Assembly (NCBI GenBank): GCA_018676855.1
Contig: JABHDY010000003.1
Span: 240,838 to 304,837, forward strand
DNA: 64,000 bases
Source of the DNA: Candidatus Woesearchaeota archaeon
Lineage (GTDB): Archaea > Nanobdellota > Nanobdellia > Woesearchaeales > GW2011-AR9
Direction: 5' to 3'
The position numbers and the translations under genes were made by a program. Below the pieces are notes generated by a model, which saw only the letters and a program-made list of their open reading frames with translations, was not told the DNA's origin and made no database searches. Below are positions 19,215-28,804 of the stretch, one piece after another; the stretch's first letter is position 1; every line of letters begins with the position of its first letter.

Positions 19215-21344
19215 TTATTTCTGTGGCCAATGTATTGGCAAGATAACTTTTTCATTATCTTCTTTCATTCCCTCTAAAATGCCATAGATGTTTTGTATTC
19301 TTTCACTGTACTGTAAAGAACCCACATTTTCTTGAATATTTGCAAGACCATCAATTCCAAGAATAACTTTATCAATATGTTTGTTCAACATCGCAAAATT
19401 AATACAGAATGACGATAAAGGAATGTTCGTTTCCTTTGCCAAGTTTTGAAGTTGTCGAACTTTATCCTTAACATGTACAAACTCACCAGTTAATTCGTCA
19501 GGGTTCTTAAACAATAATCCCTGTAAGAATACTGATCGAACATAAATCTCAATACCACGTTCTTTAAGTTTTGGTAACAAGTACGAAAACCGTTGATCAA
19601 AAATGCTAAATGGAAGTTGGATAATGTCAACATTAATATTATGCTCAAGAATATACTCAGCTTCGTGCGGATGATATAATGACAATCCAATTTTTTGTAT
19701 TTTCCCTTCACGCTTCAGTTTCTGTAATTCATCCCACATCTCAGGATGTTCTAAAAACTTATTAAAATGATGAATAAGATACCCATACACGTGCGAAGAA
19801 TTCAATCGTACTAACGATTCAGTAAAATGTCGTTCAATTTCTTCATTGTGAAACTTTGAAATGACTTGTAATCCAGATTGTGGATTATTCTTAATATATT
19901 CACCAATGACACCCTCGCTATCTTGATACCCATACGCAGTATCTAATACCGTAATACCCGAATCAAGAGCATACTGTAAAATCTGAAACACTTCTTCTTT
20001 GGGAATTTTACCACGTACATTATTAATACCATAATCATACCCAAACTGTGCCGTCCCTAACGCAATATTTGACGTTGTTGGAATTGAAAACGATTGTTCT
20101 TTTTGATGCATGTTTGGTACATTTTTTCTATAATGCGTAATAACTTTTGTTACTGCAGTAATAACATCTTCCACATCATTATCATCCATCTTAGGAAATA
20201 ATGGAATGGTAATAAGACCATTATACACTTTTTCAGTAATGGGAAAATCTCCCGGTTTTAATCCATAATTATGTTGATAATATGAATGAAGATGTATTGG
20301 AATATAATGAACATTAACGCCAATATTTTCTGCTTTTAACGCTTTAATTATTTGGTTTCTGTCAACCGTTAATAGAGTTTCATCAACATGAATTGTATAC
20401 AAATGCCATGCACTTTGAATGTCTGGATGAACAGTTTGTACAGTAATTTCTGGAAATTGTGAAAAAGCTTCATTATATCTAGTAACAATCACTTCCCTTC
20501 TTTTCTGAAACAGGGGCAATTTTTTCAGTTGTGCAATGCCAAGTGCAGCTTGAAATTCTGTCATGTTATACCGATGACCAAGACGTTGCATGTCATACAT
20601 CCAGTCAGCTTTTTTTCCGTACCGTTCCATAGCTTCTTTGGTAATACCATGTGTCCGATGCATCACACACAATTTTGCCAGTTCTTCATTATCCGTTGTA
20701 ATGATACCACCTTCGGCCGTTGTCATATTTTTAACGGGATGAAAACTAAATATTGACAAATCGCCAATAGACCCAATTTTTTGATCTTTATACTTTGCTG
20801 ATAAAGCATGTGCTGCATCTTCAATAATTTTAATGTCATAATCCTGTGCAATTTTTTGTATCTCATCCATATTGCATGGATTACCACCATAATGTACAGG
20901 AATGATTGCTTTTGTTCTAGGCGTTATTTTTTTTCTGATTTGATCTGGATCAATATTGTACGTTTTCGGATCTATATCTACAAGAACGGGAGTTGCTCCA
21001 CAATAGACAATACAATTTGCTGTTGCTAAAAATGTTAAGGGTGTTGTAATAACTTCGTCACCAGGACCAATGTCAAGTGCACCGACACAACAGTGAAGGG
21101 CAGCAGTTCCAGAATTTACTGCAACTGCATATTTTGCTCCAACAAACGCTGCAATATCTTTTTCAAACTGTGTACATTTAGGGCCGGTCGTAAGCCAATT
21201 AGAATCTAATACTGATAAGACTTCCCGTCGTTCTTCCTCACCTATCCACTGTGTTGCGTAGGGTAAAAAGTTTTCTCTGACAGGTTTCCCACCATCAATT
21301 GCAAGTTGTATTTTTTGAGTATCTGTAGTCATAATGTTAATCAC
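19215..21344 (-). CDS. PseC-like DegT/DnrJ aminotransferase fused to aldo/keto reductase
   Basis: NSGTAALH, EDAAHA, FSFHPVKNMTTAEGG; LGTAQFG, LDTAYGY, RSVFLQG. Confidence 0.85.
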   Translation of the reverse strand: MINIMTTDTQKIQLAIDGGKPVRENFLPYATQWIGEEERREVLSVLDSNWLTTGPKCTQFEKDIAAFVGAKYAVAVNSGTAALHCCVGALDIGPGDEVITTPLTFLATANCIVYCGATPVLVDIDPKTYNIDPDQIRKKITPRTKAIIPVHYGGNPCNMDEIQKIAQDYDIKIIEDAAHALSAKYKDQKIGSIGDLSIFSFHPVKNMTTAEGGIITTDNEELAKLCVMHRTHGITKEAMERYGKKADWMYDMQRLGHRYNMTEFQAALGIAQLKKLPLFQKRREVIVTRYNEAFSQFPEITVQTVHPDIQSAWHLYTIHVDETLLTVDRNQIIKALKAENIGVNVHYIPIHLHSYYQHNYGLKPGDFPITEKVYNGLITIPLFPKMDDNDVEDVITAVTKVITHYRKNVPNMHQKEQSFSIPTTSNIALGTAQFGYDYGINNVRGKIPKEEVFQILQYALDSGITVLDTAYGYQDSEGVIGEYIKNNPQSGLQVISKFHNEEIERHFTESLVRLNSSHVYGYLIHHFNKFLEHPEMWDELQKLKREGKIQKIGLSLYHPHEAEYILEHNINVDIIQLPFSIFDQRFSYLLPKLKERGIEIYVRSVFLQGLLFKNPDELTGEFVHVKDKVRQLQNLAKETNIPLSSFCINFAMLNKHIDKVILGIDGLANIQENVGSLQYSERIQNIYGILEGMKEDNEKVILPIHWPQK

Positions 21345-21790
21345 CTATTTTTTGTATTCCATATTTCTTTTCCAAAGAAATCCCATGCGAACCGAAAGTC
21401 GTCACCTTTTGACTCTTCCAGTGAACTTGATGAGAAAAAAATGATTGTTGTATTATCTTCAAGAGCTTTAAAACCGTTAGCATACCCAGCAGGAATTTTA
21501 AGAATTGACGGTTTTGCACTGTGTAAAATATATGTTGTGGGAAGGCCAGTAAGCTGTCTGTTGTCCATTTTTGAACAAATTATTTTTACACAGCCCTGTG
21601 GAACAAAAACGTACTTTGTTTCTTTTTCATGGCCATGAAATGCTCGAACAACATTATTTGCCACATTTTTTACTTGATAAAACCGTTTTATACCGCTCGA
21701 TATAAAGTCAAAATCGTTCACAAAAGAAACACTTCCCCTATCATCGTACGCAATGCCACCTTCAAATAATTGTATCTCGTCATGCATCAT
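21341..21790 (-). CDS. RmlC/FdtA-like cupin sugar epimerase/isomerase
   Basis: DDRG, VRAFHGH, IPAGYANGF. Confidence 0.8.
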   Translation of the reverse strand: MMHDEIQLFEGGIAYDDRGSVSFVNDFDFISSGIKRFYQVKNVANNVVRAFHGHEKETKYVFVPQGCVKIICSKMDNRQLTGLPTTYILHSAKPSILKIPAGYANGFKALEDNTTIIFFSSSSLEESKGDDFRFAWDFFGKEIWNTKNR

Positions 21791-22032
21791 TGTATTATTT
21801 GGTTATGTGAATAAAAGCCATTAACCAACCTCATTTTTTAGTCTTAATTTTTATATGTTTTTGTACTTGTTATATACATTTTCTGGCCATTTGTCAGTAT
21901 ATAAAGTTTCTGAAATAGAGGTAAAGATGAAAGACTTGAAACGGAGCATGAAAAAAAGAATGATTTATAAATTCATTACATTTAAAAAAGAAAAACACTG
22001 AATCACATTAAAAATTAAAAAATGGTGAATAT

Positions 22033-22770
22033 ATGAGTCAATCAGAAGAATTCTGGAAAACGAGGTCTGAGAAATATAATAATCTTAACTGGGTCACTGA
22101 CGATTCTTATTTGAACGCTATCATTGAAGCGGGCAATTTTACGAAAGACGATAAAATTCTTGATGTGGGAACGGGAACTGGCGTTATTGCGCATACAGTT
22201 GCTCCACTCGCGAAGGAAATTATTGGTGTTGACATCTCACAAGATATGTTACAGCACAGTAATTGGAAAGATAACAAATATTTTTTACGAAGAGATATCA
22301 GAGACAGAATCTTTCATGAAGGCGTTTTTGATAAGGTAACGGCACGAATGGTCTTTCATCACATTATTGAAGATACACAAAAAGCAATGGACGAATGTTA
22401 TCATGTTTTACGGCCAGGAGGTAAGATGATCCTTGCTGAAGGCGTTCCACCAACTAAAGAGTTAAAGGATGCGTACGAAGAAATTTTTAAATTGAAAGAG
22501 GAAAGGATAGTTTTCCTTGAAGAAGATCTTGTTCAAATGTTTGAAAAAGCAGGATTTAAAGATGTTAATGTTATTACTCACCTTCAAAAAGGGTTCAGTG
22601 TTACAAACTGGATCGAAAATGCTGGCGGTTTGTCTGATGATGTAAAGAAAAAAATTCTTGACCTTCATATTAACGGAACTGACGAATTTAAAAGAATTTA
22701 TAACCTTCGTATTGTTGATAATGAATGTCTTATTGATACTAAAAGTTTAATTGTGGTAGGAACAAAATAA
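22033..22770 (+). CDS. Class I SAM-dependent methyltransferase
   Basis: ILDVGTGTG, GVDISQDML, VLRPGG. Confidence 0.85.
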   Translation: MSQSEEFWKTRSEKYNNLNWVTDDSYLNAIIEAGNFTKDDKILDVGTGTGVIAHTVAPLAKEIIGVDISQDMLQHSNWKDNKYFLRRDIRDRIFHEGVFDKVTARMVFHHIIEDTQKAMDECYHVLRPGGKMILAEGVPPTKELKDAYEEIFKLKEERIVFLEEDLVQMFEKAGFKDVNVITHLQKGFSVTNWIENAGGLSDDVKKKILDLHINGTDEFKRIYNLRIVDNECLIDTKSLIVVGTK

Positions 22771-22771
22771 A

Positions 22772-24265
22772 TCATTTCTTGACAAGTTTTATCAAATTAT
22801 TTATTTCTTGAATGTTAAACGCTTTTATAATAGAAAGAATTATGAGATATAATATACTACTGATACAAATTGATACAAGTGCACCGAGCCATCCTATAAG
22901 AATGGTTGACGAGAGTATAAGCAGTATAGCCGTAAAGACAAATCCTGCTCCCACAATTTTCATCCATATTTTCCATGGCGATGGCATTGCAATAAATTTT
23001 GTAACATAGTTAGTTGATAATATCAACATACATCCATAACTTATTGCAGTAGAAAGAGCTGCCCCAACAATGCCAAGTGCAGGAATTAACAGAATGTTAA
23101 GAATAATGTTAATAGCCGCAGCAAAAAGTACAATTTTCATAACAATTGCCGGTTTACCAATAGCAGTAATGATTGCATGATTATTTGCAGCAATAACATA
23201 TCCAAGAACGCCCACCAAAATAATTCTGAATGCAAGAATTCCTGAAAGATATTCAGGTCCGAACAAAGTTTCAATAAACAATGGTGCAAAAACAAATATT
23301 GAAATGATTAATGGAAGTGTAATCATAAATGTATATTTGTACAATAACTGTACTCCTGCAAAAAGTCGTTTATGATCTTTACGTGCCCACAATTCAGATA
23401 CCATTGGTAAAAGAATTTTAGAATTTGCCTTTGCAAAGAAAAGGAATAGAAGTGCTGTTGGAAGAACAACGTTGTACACACCTACCTTCTCTAACGACAC
23501 AAAATATGTTAAAATTAAAACGTCCAACCACGCAATAACTTTATTTCCGACACCGGTAAAGATAACGGGAGCCGAAAAAGTAAAAAGTTCTTTAATTGCA
23601 ATTTTGAGATCTGTTATTTTAGCTTTCCAGATGTCTGTAAACTGAACAACTTTAATCATAAGTACAAGAAAAGCTGTCGTACTTCCAATAACGAATGCAA
23701 TGGCTGCAGATAGAATTCCATATCCTAAACTGTACAGAATGAAAAAACTTACAATTGTCATTCCTAACCTAATCAGTTCTTCTGACCCGTACCATTTAAC
23801 TTTTTGAAATCCTTGCAATATACTATACGCAACATTACATAATAAAGAAACAAAAACGTAGATGGCAAAGAGTATAAGTAACGTTGCTGCTCGTGGATCT
23901 TTGAAATAATTGTCTGCTAAATATGATGAAGATAGTATGAAGAAAACAATAAGGATTGTTGATGATATTAATTGAAACACAAATGATGCTACAATAAGCG
24001 TTTTTATCTTAGAATAATTCTTTTCAACTGCATAATGTGCAATAAATTTTACAAGGCCACTTCGTAACCCAAAATCTCTAAATAAGAGAAGAAACATCAT
24101 AAATGCTAGAACTGCGTAGAACAAACCAAAATCTGTTGGAGAAAGTTTTCGTGCAAGAACTACTCGTAAGATGTATGCCAGTAATGACGTAATGGCCATA
24201 AGTATGGCAACAATTCCTACACCCTTGACAGCTTTTCGCGTATAATTCGTATGAGGAAGTTTCAT
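22772..24265 (-). CDS. Wzx/MOP-family oligosaccharide flippase
   Basis: ARKLSPTDFGL, many TM helices, LIPALGIVGAALST. Confidence 0.88.
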   Translation of the reverse strand: MKLPHTNYTRKAVKGVGIVAILMAITSLLAYILRVVLARKLSPTDFGLFYAVLAFMMFLLLFRDFGLRSGLVKFIAHYAVEKNYSKIKTLIVASFVFQLISSTILIVFFILSSSYLADNYFKDPRAATLLILFAIYVFVSLLCNVAYSILQGFQKVKWYGSEELIRLGMTIVSFFILYSLGYGILSAAIAFVIGSTTAFLVLMIKVVQFTDIWKAKITDLKIAIKELFTFSAPVIFTGVGNKVIAWLDVLILTYFVSLEKVGVYNVVLPTALLFLFFAKANSKILLPMVSELWARKDHKRLFAGVQLLYKYTFMITLPLIISIFVFAPLFIETLFGPEYLSGILAFRIILVGVLGYVIAANNHAIITAIGKPAIVMKIVLFAAAINIILNILLIPALGIVGAALSTAISYGCMLILSTNYVTKFIAMPSPWKIWMKIVGAGFVFTAILLILSSTILIGWLGALVSICISSILYLIILSIIKAFNIQEINNLIKLVKK

Positions 24266-24383
24266 TTATGAATATAAAAATGGAAGAAGTATGTTTTTAA
24301 ATATGATGAGTTATGGTTCTAGTGATACCGTATTATACTCTTAATCCATAAACTATTTAAACCACTTTTTTTCTTAGTTTCAG

Positions 24384-25379
24384 ATGGACGAAAAGAAAGT
24401 GTTAAACTTGTACCGGCCAGATCATTTCGGTAATGAGATTATTCTTGCTGATGGTACAGCAAGAGCAGGAAAGTCTAAACTTCACCAATTATTGTCAGGA
24501 TTTGAAGGGGTAGAATTACCTTCCCTAGAATTACTGCCTGAGAGATTATCATTCTTTTACTATCACAACCTTATTGATAAGAAAGCTGCAATTGCATTGT
24601 TAAAAACAGCATTACAATTCCGTTTGTTTTATAACATGCAAGCACGAAACGTCAATTTTAAACCTGGCGATTATTCGGGCGTCTTCGGAAACGCCAATTG
24701 GATAAAATATATCAAACGTCTTTTCCTTAAAGATTCGTCCGTTGCCATGGAAAATCTGCACAAGGAAAGAGCAATACTTCAATTGATGGTACATGATACT
24801 CTTGGATATCCAAACTTATTCTTTGATGCGTACGGTGATAAAGTATACTGGTTAGAAATGGTATGTCATCCAATAGATTTAATCAATTCTAAGTATAGAA
24901 AGAAACATGATTTAAGGGAAGACAGTTCTTCTTCATACACGTTAACATTGAAAGAGGGAGAGAATATTGTTCCTTGGTGGCACATTTATGATAAAGATGG
25001 AGAGTATTTGAAGTTGTCACACATGGACAGAGTTATCTGGTCAACATACCACCGTCTGAAACATATCATGGAAGAATATAATAAATTGTCTGATTCACAA
25101 AAGAAACAAATATTATGGATTCCGCTTGAAAAAATGATGATCGATCCTTGGACGTATATTGCAAAGATTGAAAAGTTGATAAAGCGTAAACCTGCAAAAT
25201 ATATGAAAAAGAATCTTAAGAGATATAATTTTCCTGATACGATGGAACGTATTCTAGAAAGTAGGAAGAAAAAAGAAGAGTTGATCAGAAGTAAAGCATC
25301 GCCAAAATATATTGCTCTTATGGAAAAAATGGTTACAGAGTACGAAACAACTGATTGGCACGCACTGAATCCATTATAA
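24384..25379 (+). CDS. Sulfotransferase-like protein (paralog of 10568..11581)
   Basis: DGTARAGKS, R.VNF..GDYSGVF, HD.LG, EM..HPID, VPWW segments shared with the paralog. Confidence 0.6.
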   Translation: MDEKKVLNLYRPDHFGNEIILADGTARAGKSKLHQLLSGFEGVELPSLELLPERLSFFYYHNLIDKKAAIALLKTALQFRLFYNMQARNVNFKPGDYSGVFGNANWIKYIKRLFLKDSSVAMENLHKERAILQLMVHDTLGYPNLFFDAYGDKVYWLEMVCHPIDLINSKYRKKHDLREDSSSSYTLTLKEGENIVPWWHIYDKDGEYLKLSHMDRVIWSTYHRLKHIMEEYNKLSDSQKKQILWIPLEKMMIDPWTYIAKIEKLIKRKPAKYMKKNLKRYNFPDTMERILESRKKKEELIRSKASPKYIALMEKMVTEYETTDWHALNPL

Positions 25380-25403
25380 GTCATTTCTTGAATAACCTGA
25401 TTA

Positions 25404-25487
25404 TGTATACTAGCGCCCTGACCTCAGTCGAGGCACATGAGGTGAATCGCAGATAAAACTCATAATCGTGCCGTGCCCAAGTATACA
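25404..25487. ncRNA. GC-rich nested stem-loop element of unknown function between convergent genes
   Basis: TGTATACT(25404-11)/AGTATACA(25480-87), GGCAC(25432-36)/GTGCC(25468-72), ATGAG(25437-41)/CTCAT(25459-63); alternative CCTC/GAGG hairpin. Confidence 0.35.
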
Positions 25488-25508
25488 AATCTTTTCTATT
25501 CAAGAAAT

Positions 25509-26864
25509 TTATTTCTTCATTGTATCTACTTGATATTTAAGATATTCTTTAACACTACGCGCTTCATACATATAATTAATTATCTCGTCAATCTCTTGAT
25601 CAATCTCTTGAATAAAACCTTCATTATGAGCAATCTCTTCCTGAACAGAAACATCTTCAATATAATGTTGAACATCAACAGGTGCGCCCTTTTCTAACTT
25701 GTTTAATGGAAGGTCCATATCATCGATTTTACGGAAGGGAAAGAAATGTCTGGTTGTCCTTGGAGAAAAGATATTGCCCGTTAAACCACGTTCAACAACT
25801 TCAGATTTTGAAATGTTCGTTTTATCAATTATTAAATGTCTGTGCATTAATCGTGTTCCTACCCGAATATTTTCATTATTATAATCAACGTACTGAACGG
25901 GAACGGTTTTATATCCATGCATTAAAAAGAAAATGTATCGATGACTACCATCTAATACAATTCCAGTATTTTTATCAACAAGAAGTGGTGCTTTAACAAA
26001 TCCATCTTTTAATAGAAGGTTGTTTAAATTGTTAAGATGGTTCGGAAATACTTTTTCTAACGGTTTAATTGTGTTTATAGAAACAATTTCGTACTTGCTA
26101 GATGTTGTTTCTAGTTGTTTAATTGGTTTATCTGTAAATAATTCATTTGCTTTGTGTAAATCGTTATGATCATCAATTTCAAACCATTTCATACCATGAA
26201 CGGGACATACAAACAACGGTGTTGAACCGTTGATATGTTCTGCAATGACAAGATCGTAGTACACATTTGTGTTTCCTTTCTGTACTTCAATGTCTAACCA
26301 TTGAGAGAATTGTTTACCAAATTCTGCCGTTATCTTTAAAATTCCTACAGATTTATGATAATTGTCATTATATTCTGTGAGTGGCTCTCTGACAATTTGT
26401 ATTTTTTGTACATGATGTCCGTCTCCCGTTGTTAACATACACCCTTCTTTAAATAAACTAAACCTGTCACCTGCCCAATACGAAAGGGTATGATTCGTAT
26501 TCATGATTCGTGTAAGAACGTTTTTGTCAAAGAACGAATCTCCTTCAATTAAGAGTGAACCTTGTTCTAAATGATCTCGTACTAACCATAACGAATACAT
26601 GTTATTCGTTGTTGCATACTCTTTACTTTCAATATATGTGATGTTCATATTTTTGTATGATGTTCCAATGGTGTTTTGTATTACATTTGCAAGATGACCA
26701 ACAACAAGGACAACATCTTTGATACCTTCATCTGCTAAGTGATTAAGTGTATTGATAAGAATCGGTGTACCGTTAACTTCAACCAAACATTTTGGGATAG
26801 TATCCGTAATTGGTTTTAACCTATTACCAAGTCCCGCAACTAAAAGTATTGCTTTCTGTATCAT
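25509..26864 (-). CDS. LicC-like NTP-transferase fused to ParB/SerK-like (serine-kinase-type) domain
   Basis: AILLVAGLGNRL..PKCL, TNNMYSL, WFEIDD; KPLE, PLLVD, LDGSHR, FSPRTTRHFFPF. Confidence 0.8.
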   Translation of the reverse strand: MIQKAILLVAGLGNRLKPITDTIPKCLVEVNGTPILINTLNHLADEGIKDVVLVVGHLANVIQNTIGTSYKNMNITYIESKEYATTNNMYSLWLVRDHLEQGSLLIEGDSFFDKNVLTRIMNTNHTLSYWAGDRFSLFKEGCMLTTGDGHHVQKIQIVREPLTEYNDNYHKSVGILKITAEFGKQFSQWLDIEVQKGNTNVYYDLVIAEHINGSTPLFVCPVHGMKWFEIDDHNDLHKANELFTDKPIKQLETTSSKYEIVSINTIKPLEKVFPNHLNNLNNLLLKDGFVKAPLLVDKNTGIVLDGSHRYIFFLMHGYKTVPVQYVDYNNENIRVGTRLMHRHLIIDKTNISKSEVVERGLTGNIFSPRTTRHFFPFRKIDDMDLPLNKLEKGAPVDVQHYIEDVSVQEEIAHNEGFIQEIDQEIDEIINYMYEARSVKEYLKYQVDTMKK

Positions 26865-27811
26865 TGTAATAACTCTTTTAATCTTTCATAATTCTCATTA
26901 TACGCAACCCTGTAATAAGTTCCGTCCAAGCCCGTTTTATTATCACACGACTTAACATTAAAATGCGTTATTGGTTTGGTTGATTGTACCATGACAAAAT
27001 TAGCTTTCGTTGGAAAGACTTTGAGGTATGGAATCTGTTTTAGTAAATCAACCATTTTACGTGTTCCTTGTATGATACGTATTCGTGATTGTTCATACTC
27101 TTCTTTATGATCTAACAGGAGGTCAATAAGAGCTTCCGTCACAGAATTAATGTTCCAAATAGGAATCTTTTTGACAAAATCGTTTATCAGATCTTCATCT
27201 TCAGATGCAATATATCCTAACCTAATACCACAAATCCCATAATTTTTTCCTAAGCTTTTGATAAGTATGACGTTTGTTCCTTTTGGTAGTTCTGGAATAG
27301 TTTCCGCGACAAAATCTATAAAACTAATATCAATTGCAAATTTAACATGTGGAAATTCGTTCACTAATTGTTGAATGTCATCTCTGTAAAGTCCAGTAGG
27401 ATTATTAGGATTACAGAAACAAACAGTATCTACTTCATGCTGTTGTATTGCTTGTCTTATTTCATCTGTTGTTGCATTGTATGGTATAGGAACATGGTTT
27501 GATATTTCCCATTCGTTAAAATTAGGAACAGTTACTAACGCTTTTGTTGAATAGTTTTGTAATAGAATTCTAATAGCTTCACAACTACCGTTAACAGTTA
27601 GAAGTGGTATGGTAACATTTTCTAATCGTTTTACTTTTTCAGAGATAACTTTTTGGTTAGATGGATAGTATCTTATTAGATGAAGTAAATCATTTTTTAA
27701 TTGGTTCATAATTTCGTCTGTTGGAAAGTACGGATTAATCATAAAATAGAAATTGTCTGAACTATCTTTCATTCTTGTTACGAGTTGTTTTTGCATAAGA
27801 TTACCTACCAT
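26861..27811 (-). CDS. PLP-dependent class I/II enzyme (CobD threonine-phosphate decarboxylase/HisC-like)
   Basis: RYYP, NGSCEAI, CNPNNPTG, D.SF.DF, KSLGKNYGICGIRLGY. Confidence 0.75.
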   Translation of the reverse strand: MVGNLMQKQLVTRMKDSSDNFYFMINPYFPTDEIMNQLKNDLLHLIRYYPSNQKVISEKVKRLENVTIPLLTVNGSCEAIRILLQNYSTKALVTVPNFNEWEISNHVPIPYNATTDEIRQAIQQHEVDTVCFCNPNNPTGLYRDDIQQLVNEFPHVKFAIDISFIDFVAETIPELPKGTNVILIKSLGKNYGICGIRLGYIASEDEDLINDFVKKIPIWNINSVTEALIDLLLDHKEEYEQSRIRIIQGTRKMVDLLKQIPYLKVFPTKANFVMVQSTKPITHFNVKSCDNKTGLDGTYYRVAYNENYERLKELLQ

Positions 27812-27911
27812 TGAATCATAATTGTTCGTATATAAAGGTTATTGACTTTGGTTCTATAGAAATATATATAAATCGATTAATCTTACTTAACTCATAAATG
27901 AGGTGTTTATT

Positions 27912-28742
27912 ATGAAAAAAGTAATTATTTGTGGAGTTTTACTTGTTGCAGTTCTGTTTGTTATAGGTTGTGGAACAGGTAAGGCTATAGACTTTGGAGA
28001 AGATATGAAAGGACCATCTGAAGAAGATGTTATGGAAATGAAGAGTTATTTCCAATGTGGAAGTGTTTGTTCAGAGTTAGATAATAAAGAAATGTTTATA
28101 GAATGTGTTGATGTTTGTGAAACTGAATTTGGTCATGATGATGAAATGGAAGGACCAAGAATGGAAGGACCAAGGGAAGAAGATACGTCAACAGATCCAA
28201 GTCAATTTTGTGATGAAAAAACACCATATTATGATGCTAAACTTAATGAATGTTACGGAGATCAAGAAACGTGCACAGATAGTGATGGTGGATTAATGAG
28301 AGAATTAAAAGGAGTTGTCAATGACGACCCAGCGTTAACTGATGAATGTGAAGGAACAACTGATGTAAGAGAATGGTACTGTGATGAGAATGGTTTGCCC
28401 CAAGATATGAGTCTTGCATGTGACAATGGTTGTGTAGATGGTGCGTGTTTAGTAGCAGCTCAATTAGAATGTAACTCTGTTTACCAAGATGAAGATCAAT
28501 TTTACATAGGAGAAACGTTATGGCAGTACAAAGGAGCAGATAACCGGTTTAAGACTGACGGAATGGTTAAGTTCAAAAATTGGAACACAGGAGAAACTTT
28601 AGATCAGAGATTTTGGAGTTATTCTGATTTCAGCAACTTTAGTATAGCTATTTCGCCAGGTGTTTTTCCTTTTGAGGCCTTTATGAACGCCTCACCAACA
28701 GATGTAGATGATTGGGCGATCATGTATACAACTTGTAATTAA
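27912..28742 (+). CDS. Secreted/lipoprotein-like Cys-rich acidic surface protein
   Basis: MKK + hydrophobic stretch + IGC lipobox; CTDSDGG and C.NGC.DGAC disulfide motifs; GAGGTG SD before ATG 27912. Confidence 0.65.
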   Translation: MKKVIICGVLLVAVLFVIGCGTGKAIDFGEDMKGPSEEDVMEMKSYFQCGSVCSELDNKEMFIECVDVCETEFGHDDEMEGPRMEGPREEDTSTDPSQFCDEKTPYYDAKLNECYGDQETCTDSDGGLMRELKGVVNDDPALTDECEGTTDVREWYCDENGLPQDMSLACDNGCVDGACLVAAQLECNSVYQDEDQFYIGETLWQYKGADNRFKTDGMVKFKNWNTGETLDQRFWSYSDFSNFSIAISPGVFPFEAFMNASPTDVDDWAIMYTTCN

Positions 28743-28767
28743 TTTCTTTCTTTTCTTTTTTTCTTTT
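28743..28767 (+). terminator. Archaeal oligo-T terminator
   Basis: tttctttcttttcttttttt tract directly after the stop codon. Confidence 0.5.
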
Positions 28768-28804
28768 CATAATCTTTAAATAGCACACATTTCTCAAAAC
28801 CAGC

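Noticed and set aside
25404-25487. tRNA, hammerhead or HDV-like ribozyme
   Set aside because: No T-loop GTTC or cloverleaf, no CUGANGA/GAAA core, and no P1.1 GG or catalytic-C arrangement on either strand.
28144-28176. Short tandem repeat (aatggaaggaccaag twice)
   Set aside because: An in-frame coding duplication (MEGPR twice) in a low-complexity linker; not a CRISPR or mobile repeat.
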